A stretch of DNA of 37,527 bases from an uncultured Alphaproteobacteria bacterium. GTDB lineage: Bacteria; Pseudomonadota; Alphaproteobacteria; Rs-D84. Where the stretch lies: assembly GCA_944390835.1 (NCBI GenBank), contig CALXQT010000014.1, forward strand, positions 1 to 37,527, given 5' to 3'. Shown here one piece after another: positions 9,189 to 17,604 of the stretch (the first letter of the stretch is position 1; every line of letters begins with the position of its first letter). The notes below the pieces were generated by a model, which saw nothing but the letters and a program-made list of their open reading frames with translations, was not told where the DNA came from and ran no database searches. Made by a program: the position numbers and the translations under genes.

Positions 9189-10487
9189 TTATTTTTTTTC
9201 ACGCCATAGTTTAATAAATTCTTTGCTTTTGTTATATGTACTTGTCCACAATGTCTTAATATCATTGGTAAAGTCTTTTTCAAAACTATTATTTATTTTA
9301 CCACCTAGATCTTCGGCAATTTTATCAGCCTTGTTGGCAAGATAGGCAACCAATAATCCTGTTAGTAGTGTTATGACAAATCCGGCGTTATCTAATGTTG
9401 GGATCTTAGCAGATAGATCAGCGTCTATTGTGCCAGATAATAGTGCCGCACATAACGCGATAACAATTGATAAAGAAACGAAATAAATAGCGGCGTTTAT
9501 AAAACGTTGAATTTGATTTGATAAAGTTTCTGGTTTGAACAATCCCAGAAAACCGTTAAATATATCTCCGACAATACCTTTATATGAAGTGTTTTTTACG
9601 GTTTCCGCAATCGCGGTAAACGGTAACATTATAACGGCCAAGAACAAATCCATTATAACGCCAAGACCCATAAGAGTAAACTTAAATGCATTATATATAA
9701 AGATTACTATAAAAGCAGCACCAACCGCCATTGTAAAAGCACTGGTCCCAATGCCGGCAATTAACCAATGCCAACCTGCGGCAATTGCCGTTGTAAAAAA
9801 GCCAGATAAACGCGTGGGAACACAAAGAATATCTGCGGCCGCTTTTGCGTCAATTATCATTCCATTTGAGGCTTTGGCAGCGGCATATTCGCGAATGGCA
9901 TTACAGGTATCTGGTATTTGTGCACCGGCTGAATTCGTCACGGCATTTAATATAAGATCTGACATATAAGTTGCGATGCTTATTATTGGCCCCATAATCC
10001 ACATGAATACTTGTGCCGGTCCTTGGACAAGAATAATTGACCAAATTGCTATTATAGCACCCTTTTTAACGATCGTTTCACCAAGTGCCATTGCGCTGGA
10101 ACCTTTAGTGATCATATTATAGGCTTCAAACATAATCCATAATATATATGTCAAGATCATGAATATTATTGCGAAACGAACAAGCGAAGAATCTAATATA
10201 TCCGCCAACCACGAAAGAGCGTCCATCATCGCAAAGCCTATTTTTGCTTCGACTGGTACATAATTTGGAACCAACTGTTTCTTTTGAAATTCGGATTGGA
10301 ATTTAACCATATCTGACCCAAGCATAGTATTAAATTGTTCTATGTTTTCTGTAGTCATCCAATCGCCATAATCGCCAACTTCTGTAAATGGTACGTTTGT
10401 GGTTGCTGCTGTTACAGGTTGTATCGTTAACAGACCTGCAAAAGCAACTGCGATTATGTTTTTAAAGATTTTTTTTAATAATCTCAT
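9189..10487 (-). CDS. VirB6/TrbL-like polytopic membrane protein (paralog 4)
   Basis: Signal-like N-terminus, several TM helices, a periplasmic Cys pair (DTC...LCVP) and the VirB6-like segment VIMDLFLAVIMLPFTAIAETV. Confidence 0.6.
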   Translation of the reverse strand: MRLLKKIFKNIIAVAFAGLLTIQPVTAATTNVPFTEVGDYGDWMTTENIEQFNTMLGSDMVKFQSEFQKKQLVPNYVPVEAKIGFAMMDALSWLADILDSSLVRFAIIFMILTYILWIMFEAYNMITKGSSAMALGETIVKKGAIIAIWSIILVQGPAQVFMWIMGPIISIATYMSDLILNAVTNSAGAQIPDTCNAIREYAAAKASNGMIIDAKAAADILCVPTRLSGFFTTAIAAGWHWLIAGIGTSAFTMAVGAAFIVIFIYNAFKFTLMGLGVIMDLFLAVIMLPFTAIAETVKNTSYKGIVGDIFNGFLGLFKPETLSNQIQRFINAAIYFVSLSIVIALCAALLSGTIDADLSAKIPTLDNAGFVITLLTGLLVAYLANKADKIAEDLGGKINNSFEKDFTNDIKTLWTSTYNKSKEFIKLWREKK

Positions 10488-11923
10488 TATTCTTTACCAG
10501 TTGCCTTTGATATTGTTTCAAATATTTGTCTTGGACTGTCCCATATTTTTTTGCCTAAATCTTTCGCCCATGTTCCAAAATCAAATTTTTCTGAACCTTC
10601 TGCTATTAAAATACTATCAACTTTTGGTTTAATCGCATAGAAATATAAGAAGAACAGCAAAATCATCATTAATAAAAATTCCCAACCATCATCCATGAAG
10701 TCAAAAGCACCAGGGTATTGATTCTCAACTTGGGTACGTTGAGCTATGAAACAAGCTTTGAATTTATCTGCGTCAATTTCACCGTCTACAGTGGCAACAT
10801 GTTCGCAAGTTGAAAAAACGTTTATAACAGATAATGTTTGAGCATTAGGGTTTTCTATTTTTTGTCCCATTAGTGGAGGTAAAATTGCGCTATACCCATC
10901 ACGTGGACCAGGGAAGTAAGAGTCTGCAGCATAAGCAACAATTGCATATGTAATAAGTACTTTTAAAGTTATTCCTACAATTTTTATTGCTGAGTTTACT
11001 AACATATTTATGGCGTTTTTTATAACACCGTTGGCTAAAGACCATGTTTGTTCAAATGCAGCGGCGGCTAATAATAACGGTAAGAATATAATTAAAAAAA
11101 CTAATTTGAACACAACAGATAATATTTGAAAGACTAGATCAAATCCAATTATTAAAAACATTAAAACTAATGTTAGCCCGGCTAACCATGTTAATACCCC
11201 ACCACCTAATCCTAGCCATGCGTAGTTCATTAAAGAAAAACCCCCGGCGGCTCCTGCCAGCATTACACTATTTATATTACCCATAACGCACATAAATGGT
11301 TGTAATATTGGGTTTAATATATCAGAGTTTTTGCTTGTCGTTGTTAAAGCCCCGCACTGTGCCGCATCTGATACACCTGTTGCCGCCATAGAAAGTTCAG
11401 CACCGACAAACAGAACCGGTGTTATAGTTATGTTTGAAACAGTTCTTAATGCCGCTGTGCCACCCATACCTAAAGCACCCATAAGTGCGCCAACAATTAA
11501 TACCCTGGCACCTTGTCGCCATACTTTGTCAAACCAACCAGCCAGTTCAAGCTTTTTTTCTTTTTCGTCTAATTCTGAGGTTTTTTTCGCCGCGTCAAAA
11601 ATATATTTTGCGGTATAGATAATTAGAAATATCCCAAAACCAAGAGACATTAATATCCAAATGTTATCAACCATTGCGGTCCAAAACATTTCTGCAGCGT
11701 TACCAATAACTGTAAATAGTTGTTCGATATATCCGCATAAAAAGCAGCCATTTGCTGACGCTATATTCCCATCGCTTACACCAATTGTATTCATAAAACC
11801 ATCTAAACTGGTATAAGTTATTGCAGCCCCACCAATAGAAGATGATAAATACCATATACCGATACCTAACGCAATTGCGCCCATAATAAATTTGATAGCA
11901 ATCATTATTAATTTTGCTTTCAT
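10487..11923 (-). CDS. VirB6/TrbL-like polytopic membrane protein (paralog 3)
   Basis: N-terminal CFLC, multiple TMs, segment FKLVFLIIFLPLLLAAAAFEQT; the stop overlaps the next start (TAATG). Confidence 0.65.
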   Translation of the reverse strand: MKAKLIMIAIKFIMGAIALGIGIWYLSSSIGGAAITYTSLDGFMNTIGVSDGNIASANGCFLCGYIEQLFTVIGNAAEMFWTAMVDNIWILMSLGFGIFLIIYTAKYIFDAAKKTSELDEKEKKLELAGWFDKVWRQGARVLIVGALMGALGMGGTAALRTVSNITITPVLFVGAELSMAATGVSDAAQCGALTTTSKNSDILNPILQPFMCVMGNINSVMLAGAAGGFSLMNYAWLGLGGGVLTWLAGLTLVLMFLIIGFDLVFQILSVVFKLVFLIIFLPLLLAAAAFEQTWSLANGVIKNAINMLVNSAIKIVGITLKVLITYAIVAYAADSYFPGPRDGYSAILPPLMGQKIENPNAQTLSVINVFSTCEHVATVDGEIDADKFKACFIAQRTQVENQYPGAFDFMDDGWEFLLMMILLFFLYFYAIKPKVDSILIAEGSEKFDFGTWAKDLGKKIWDSPRQIFETISKATGKE

Positions 11924-11926
11924 AGT

Positions 11927-13192
11927 TTACTTCTTTTCACCGTCTTTTTTGCCATCGCTTTCTTTATTTCCGGTACCATCTTTTTTTTCATTTTCATTTT
12001 TTTTGTTTTCTTTATCTTTGGCGTCGCCGCCATTTAAAATATTTTTACCGATATTAGTTGCAGTCGTAATTACTGAAGATGTCAATTTCATTGCGTTGTC
12101 GGCTAATTCTTCACTTAAGTTGTTCTTTGCGGATACACCAAAAGAATCTAATATCATAGAAGTTACCTGTGGAATTTGGTCGTATATAAAGTTTAACACA
12201 TATACCAATATAATGCAGCTGCCCAAAGTCATAGCGGCAAGATTTTCTTCGGATAAATCACCTGCAAACACTTGCCCTGTTGTAATAAGTTCCATAATTT
12301 CTGCTGCACTCTGACCGGGTGCAGAAAAGAATTTAGCAAGTATTACCATAATAACAGTATAGGTTATTACAGCAGACGCAAGCGCAATTATTGAATTAAT
12401 TAGGTCTTTAAATTGCTTTGTTCCTATGTTTTTACCAAGAGAAGAAATCCATTTTGGTGCATCGTCTCCTTTGAAAGCGACCAATATTAAGGACAGTGGG
12501 AAAAAGAATGCAAAAAACGTCATTGCTACGATTATGTCTGCAAAGTAAAAGCAGAAACGGATAAAAAATTTAAAGAAACCGTAAAATAAATAGGCCCCTA
12601 TAAAGAATAAAATAATGTGTTTTATAAGCGAACCAATCCCTAATAATGCCTTTAAAGAAAAAGCTTTGTCCATAACAGCAATTCCTAGTTTCATATATGA
12701 CTGGAATTGAGTAATGGTTGTTTTCATCAGCATAATTATTTTGTCACGTAATTGTGGTCGAAAGAATCCTTCTTCTGACATTTTTTCTGGTTCATATGTT
12801 ACCTTTTCAGTAACATCTGTGCTGTCGATATGTAACATACTTTGGGTATAGATTAGTGTTATATCCGCAACAGGTTCAAATGTAATGCTTGTTATAAAAC
12901 GGGGAAACATGACACCCATGCTTAAAAGTGTAAGCGCTACTAAAGAGTTTATAATAACAGGTTTGATGGATTTTTGGTACAATGGGTCTGAAATATCCTC
13001 TTTCATATTTTTCCAGACCGCGTTTATGACGTAAAAAGAAAATAAAATGCAAAACAATATTGCACAGAATATTACAAATTGATTATATACTGCACCAGCG
13101 GCATCTGACACGATTTGAAATAAACGGTCAAATACGGGACAGCCCCAGCACTGTACCGTATCATCAATCAAAGAATTCATAAATCCGTTCAT
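11927..13192 (-). CDS. VirB6/TrbL-like polytopic membrane protein (paralog 2)
   Basis: N-terminal CWGCPVFDRLF, multiple TMs, segment FADIIVAMTFFAFFFPLSLILVAF, charged K/E/D tail. Confidence 0.65.
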   Translation of the reverse strand: MNGFMNSLIDDTVQCWGCPVFDRLFQIVSDAAGAVYNQFVIFCAILFCILFSFYVINAVWKNMKEDISDPLYQKSIKPVIINSLVALTLLSMGVMFPRFITSITFEPVADITLIYTQSMLHIDSTDVTEKVTYEPEKMSEEGFFRPQLRDKIIMLMKTTITQFQSYMKLGIAVMDKAFSLKALLGIGSLIKHIILFFIGAYLFYGFFKFFIRFCFYFADIIVAMTFFAFFFPLSLILVAFKGDDAPKWISSLGKNIGTKQFKDLINSIIALASAVITYTVIMVILAKFFSAPGQSAAEIMELITTGQVFAGDLSEENLAAMTLGSCIILVYVLNFIYDQIPQVTSMILDSFGVSAKNNLSEELADNAMKLTSSVITTATNIGKNILNGGDAKDKENKKNENEKKDGTGNKESDGKKDGEKK

Positions 13193-14484
13193 TTCTTTTT
13201 AAACCATCCTATTGCGGTACCAATTGCAGAACCTGCACTTTTAATGCGGTTAGCAAATACTTTTGTATCCCCTTTTACTTGGTTGTATAATTTATCCATA
13301 CCCGATCCGACATATGAATCTAATTGTTTGCGAGTAAGCTCAAATATACGAAACATTAAATAAAACGTTAATATTGCAGATAACCATAATATAGAGTGCT
13401 GTCCGAACCCAAGTGCGCTATTTGCAATGCTTGGAACATTTGATGTTGCGGTTCCCCCAGCCGCCACAACAAATATGGAAGAGTTCCATTGGAATAAAGA
13501 TTTTATGATTGCTATGTTTACGCATAAAATAAAAGAGCATGCGATCATAGTTATGACAATTTTTTGTAGTGCTTTAGTTATCCCACCAAACGCAGGCCAT
13601 ACGTCTAGCCATTGTTTGCTGGGCTTTGCGACATATGTTAATACTTGAAATGGGTAAAGTACTAAAGCCATTCCAAAGTTAAAGATGGCTTGTATTATAA
13701 GCAAAGCCATAAATAAATTACTGGCGACAAAAGTGAAAACTAATATTAGCCCCGTAATCAGATTTAAGAAATCTTCTCCGCCATGTGGAATGAGTGTTAT
13801 TAAACCGCGCAAACCCTGATTTATAAATTCAAAGCCGCGTTTAATAATTGTGTTATTCGCATGAGATATATCTGATACGGGCTGTACTAAAAATTCGCAA
13901 CTGTCTTGAGTCAGCCAACCTTGTTCTATTATTGATGGGGGACATTCTATTTTAGGGGCGTTTATACCTGCGTCATTAACAGTTTCTGTTATACTGTGGG
14001 TATAAAGCGAACCGAATTTTAGGAATGGATTTATAAGCCATTCTGTTAAATATACAGGTTTAATCTGTAATAGGACCGTTACAGCAACAATTGCACGAAT
14101 TGCTGGTTTAAGCATGTTGCTGGCTATAGTTATTCCATCAACGCCATCTGAAATTTCACCGCCACCAGAAAAACCGAAAAAAGAAACCCACAATTTTGGA
14201 AAATACATTTTGAGTAAATATAATACCATAGATACAGCTAAGAATCCCCAAACAAGAATATATATTATACCGGTTCCCCCACCAACAAAGAATTCATATC
14301 CCCCAGTGGCGATAGCCATAAGTGCGTCTAATATTATTGGAATCAGCGGGGCTAAATTTAAAGCGTCGACTATTGTGCGTTCAGCAGCACCTGCAATTGA
14401 TGGCATGAATAAAAAGCACGCTAATAAAGCAACGCTTAATATGCGCTTAAAAGCGGGATAAAAATTTTGTTTTAATGAAAACAT
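13189..14484 (-). CDS. VirB6/TrbL-like polytopic membrane protein (paralog 1, first in operon)
   Basis: Signal-like N-terminus, multiple TMs, Cys pair ECPP...SCEF, segment IFNFGMALVLYPFQVLTYV; ATGA overlap with the next gene. Confidence 0.6.
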   Translation of the reverse strand: MFSLKQNFYPAFKRILSVALLACFLFMPSIAGAAERTIVDALNLAPLIPIILDALMAIATGGYEFFVGGGTGIIYILVWGFLAVSMVLYLLKMYFPKLWVSFFGFSGGGEISDGVDGITIASNMLKPAIRAIVAVTVLLQIKPVYLTEWLINPFLKFGSLYTHSITETVNDAGINAPKIECPPSIIEQGWLTQDSCEFLVQPVSDISHANNTIIKRGFEFINQGLRGLITLIPHGGEDFLNLITGLILVFTFVASNLFMALLIIQAIFNFGMALVLYPFQVLTYVAKPSKQWLDVWPAFGGITKALQKIVITMIACSFILCVNIAIIKSLFQWNSSIFVVAAGGTATSNVPSIANSALGFGQHSILWLSAILTFYLMFRIFELTRKQLDSYVGSGMDKLYNQVKGDTKVFANRIKSAGSAIGTAIGWFKKK

Positions 14485-14510
14485 TCTCTCTATGTTATTT
14501 TATCTTTTCA

Positions 14511-14544
14511 ATTATATCACATTTACGGCAAAATATGATATACT
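14511..14544. promoter_or_regulatory. Back-to-back divergent extended -10 promoters
   Basis: Minus-strand TGATATAAT at 14519-14511 and plus-strand TGATATACT at 14536-14544. Confidence 0.55.
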
Positions 14545-14552
14545 TAAAAATA

Positions 14553-15842
14553 ATGAATAAATTAAAAAAGTTTTGGATAGTTTTTTTATCTTTCTTGCCC
14601 TTTTCTGCAGGGGCGGTTGCTCCATTAGTCGTGGGTACGATTGCTGGTTTGGGTGTTATTGCTGGTTTTTCTATATACAGAACTGCTGCCCCAGTAAATA
14701 TGGCAGACGCATTAAATTTTTTCAGTACTTGTTGGTCGTGTCAGATGTTCTCTGACATTATGGCCACTATGTCCGGTTTACTCCCGCGGGTTTATGGTGC
14801 GATGGGATCTGTAATATTGCCGTTATCTGCCGGATTAATGGCGATATGGTTTGCGTGGAAATTATTTTCCGGTTTTATAAACGCAAAAATAGAAGAGCCT
14901 TGGACAATTGTCGGTGATTTCGGAACAAAATTTATAAAGTTAGGTTTGGTTGCAGGGTTGCTTGTCATACCCCTGCCAAGAATATTAACAAATGTTGTAA
15001 TAGAGCCTGTATTTAATGTAGGTTTGTCTTTAAATCGTGCTGTCGCCGGAAATGATGATTTTGCAAAGTGTGTGGTTGCCACCGCTTTGGCGGACCCTAG
15101 TGCTGCAAGTGTTTCTACAGCCTCGGCTGGTGCTTTTTCGCCCAAACTGCGGCATAATTTAGTCTGTGAAATAGCCAATATTCATCAGATGACCGGACTT
15201 GGAATGACAGTTGGTTGGACAATGTTAAGTATGGCTTTTAATGAAGAATACATGCATCATTTTTTATGGTTTGTCCCGATTTTTCCGAATATACCTATCT
15301 TTTTTACCGGTTTACTTATATTAGTTTTGTTCTTTTTTGCGTTACTGCCGGTGCCTTTGTATTTCTTGGAAGTTTTTATAACGCTTTCAATGGATTTAGT
15401 AATGTTGCCGTTTATGTTAATGTCTTGGCTGTTTAAGGGATGGGCAATATTCCCAGATGGGGGCAGAAATGTTAAAAAAATGATAGAGGATGTTATAAAG
15501 GCGACGGCTGGAATTGCCTTGGTAGGCGTTTTTGTCACGTTTTCTGTCATGTTTTTAAACGCTGTTTTTGGACAGTGGGAGGGTGCTGATAGATTAGCAC
15601 TGGCGCTATCAGAAAATGATTCAACTATTTTGATGGATGGTTTATTAATGCGAAATGACAGCATAATAACAATAATTTTAATGGGAATTTTCATTGCTAT
15701 GTTCATGACAATGATACCTACACTAGTAAAAACTTTGTTCGCGAACGTAGAAATTCCTGAAACCTATTACGAAAAGACGAAAGAAAATTTAAATATTTTA
15801 TGGAAAAGCCTGAAAAATTGGTACGAATCACTAAAAAAATAA
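14553..15842 (+). CDS. VirB6/TrbL-like polytopic membrane protein (paralog 5, divergent)
   Basis: Start re-called at MNKLKKFW (signal-like), avoiding overlap with the opposite gene. CWSCQMF motif, a second Cys pair, and segment FITLSMDLVMLPFMLMSWLF. Confidence 0.65.
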   Translation: MNKLKKFWIVFLSFLPFSAGAVAPLVVGTIAGLGVIAGFSIYRTAAPVNMADALNFFSTCWSCQMFSDIMATMSGLLPRVYGAMGSVILPLSAGLMAIWFAWKLFSGFINAKIEEPWTIVGDFGTKFIKLGLVAGLLVIPLPRILTNVVIEPVFNVGLSLNRAVAGNDDFAKCVVATALADPSAASVSTASAGAFSPKLRHNLVCEIANIHQMTGLGMTVGWTMLSMAFNEEYMHHFLWFVPIFPNIPIFFTGLLILVLFFFALLPVPLYFLEVFITLSMDLVMLPFMLMSWLFKGWAIFPDGGRNVKKMIEDVIKATAGIALVGVFVTFSVMFLNAVFGQWEGADRLALALSENDSTILMDGLLMRNDSIITIILMGIFIAMFMTMIPTLVKTLFANVEIPETYYEKTKENLNILWKSLKNWYESLKK

Positions 15843-15910
15843 AAAATCAAGTGCTTTATTTAACGTGCCCCCCTTTTTTGAGAGTTCCGAATCTGATATA
15901 ATTCATAGCA

Positions 15911-16429
15911 ATGAAGCAGTTTCCGATTCTTTATTGGCCACGTAAGATGAACGCTGATACTGATTATCAGCTGGCGCGTAAGGTTATAAATGGTGCAACC
16001 GGTGTCATGCCAGATGTGGTAACTGGTGACGTTGATCTGATGTTGATTTTAGAAGAAAACCCCAGTGCTACGATATATTATCCTGTGTTTTGTGAATCCA
16101 CAGGCTGGTGGGGTGAATTGTTGGGGGGAAGTGCGGTTGTTACAGATAAAATGATCATTTCTCCAGAATGTCAGCTAATGGTCATAGAATCTGAACGTAC
16201 GGCGAATAAAGCCGGAAAAGGCGGGAAAAATCAACTGTTGGCGGCGGAAATATATCCGGCCAGCGGTTTTTTTAAGAAAATGAATTCTGGTATTGCAACT
16301 GTGGCAGATATGTTGGCAACTGATGCTGGAACTATTTTAGCGTTGTTTACCGGTAAGAATCAGTCTCAATTTATAAATGTATTAGAATCTACGGGAAATT
16401 CATATTTAGGCTGCATCGGCAGATATTAA
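15911..16429 (+). CDS. Hypothetical cytoplasmic protein
   Basis: 172-aa ORF fills the gap with normal composition and has a TATAAT box 8 nt upstream; family not recognised. Confidence 0.7.
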   Translation: MKQFPILYWPRKMNADTDYQLARKVINGATGVMPDVVTGDVDLMLILEENPSATIYYPVFCESTGWWGELLGGSAVVTDKMIISPECQLMVIESERTANKAGKGGKNQLLAAEIYPASGFFKKMNSGIATVADMLATDAGTILALFTGKNQSQFINVLESTGNSYLGCIGRY

Positions 16430-16443
16430 TGTGTTAATATTGC

Positions 16444-16471
16444 TTGATTTCCGGAAAAATACTTGTATAAT
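16444..16471 (+). promoter_or_regulatory. Sigma70-type promoter of rpmE
   Basis: TTGATT-N16-TATAAT. Confidence 0.6.
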
Positions 16472-16507
16472 TTTCACGCTTTGTTTAAACAATAAAAGGG
16501 TAATAAG

Positions 16508-16720
16508 ATGAAAAAAGGAATTCATCCAGAATATCATGAAATAAACGTAACCATGACAGATGGTAAAACGGTAAAAATGTATTCTTCTGTGAAGAAAGAT
16601 TTGGTTTTGTCCACAGATAACTTAAATCATTCTGCATGGACTGGTCAACGCAGCAATGTCGGCGAAAAGGGTCAACGTGCTGCTGGTTTTAAGAGTAAAT
16701 TTGCTGGATTTAAATTTTAA
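16508..16720 (+). CDS. rpmE: 50S ribosomal protein L31 (Cys-free, non-zinc type)
   Basis: MKKGIHPEYH...MTDG...HSAWTG...F..KF. Confidence 0.95.
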   Translation: MKKGIHPEYHEINVTMTDGKTVKMYSSVKKDLVLSTDNLNHSAWTGQRSNVGEKGQRAAGFKSKFAGFKF

Positions 16721-16756
16721 AAGTACCAAATGCTTTAAATCGGACGGGTGGTTGCA

Positions 16757-17461
16757 ATGGAACTGTTGATCAAAGGTTCAACCGAATTAAATAAAATGTT
16801 CATGGCGTTACAGCGTACTGCGGCTGGATTGCGCCACGATTTCGGAGAGGTTGAAAATTTACAACAGTCTTTACATGGCGCGCGCGATTTCGTGAAAAAA
16901 GCTGCGGCAAGAATAGAAGAAAGCATTCTTAATGATTTATTGCTTGTTCGGCCGTCAGCGGGTTTGTTGACACCAAATGTTTCTCGTGAAGGTGACGGGC
17001 GGGACGAATTTGTACTTTCTTTGTCTGGGGCATCAAATTTTATTCGTGCAAACCCACATTTTGCGATTTCTTTGGCATTACGTTCGAATGATGAAACAAA
17101 AATAGCATTAGTATATTCCCCAATTGATGAACGTTTATATTATGCAGAAGCAGAACGTGGAACTTATGTCTTTTCTGCGTATCATTCTGCTCGGGTAAAG
17201 GTTTCTAATTTATCAGAACCTTCTGAAATAACTGTTGCGTATAATGTATCAGACGGGCGTTCTGTAATTGGCGATGCAAGACGTACAGGGTGTCCTGCCT
17301 TAGATTTAGCCTGGGTCGCATCAGGTAAATTTGACGCGTTTGTTTCTGATCCGCTAGATTTTGCGGAAATTGCTGCGGGGGATCTATTGGTGCGTGAGGC
17401 TGGTGGTAAAATTGTTATGGGAGCAGATTTAATTGCAACAAACGGTAAAGTAGAAATATAA
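16757..17461 (+). CDS. suhB: Inositol monophosphatase family protein (SuhB-like) with degenerate catalytic motifs
   Basis: RHDFGEVENLQ (alphaproteobacterial SuhB N-terminus), PHFAISLAL, RRTGCPALDLAWVASGKFD and IAAGDLLVREAGG; the DPLDGT motif is absent. Confidence 0.8.
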   Translation: MELLIKGSTELNKMFMALQRTAAGLRHDFGEVENLQQSLHGARDFVKKAAARIEESILNDLLLVRPSAGLLTPNVSREGDGRDEFVLSLSGASNFIRANPHFAISLALRSNDETKIALVYSPIDERLYYAEAERGTYVFSAYHSARVKVSNLSEPSEITVAYNVSDGRSVIGDARRTGCPALDLAWVASGKFDAFVSDPLDFAEIAAGDLLVREAGGKIVMGADLIATNGKVEI

Positions 17462-17477
17462 CGTATAAAAAATAAAT

Positions 17478-17499
17478 AAACCGCCTAAGGCGGTTTTTT
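17478..17499 (+). terminator. Intrinsic terminator after rpmE-suhB
   Basis: AAACCGCC-TAA-GGCGGTTTTTT. Confidence 0.9.
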
Positions 17500-17604
17500 A
17501 TATGCATGAACTTTGAATAATGTGCCTGACATAAAGTAAAGAAGGACTTAAATTTTTAATACAAACTTGCAAACCGGGAATAAATATCGTAAACTTTAAT
17601 AGTT

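Noticed and set aside
9189-15842. Conjugative element or ICE interpretation of the VirB6-like genes
   Set aside because: No relaxase, coupling protein, VirB4, integrase or att sites are visible, and the flanks are core-type genes.
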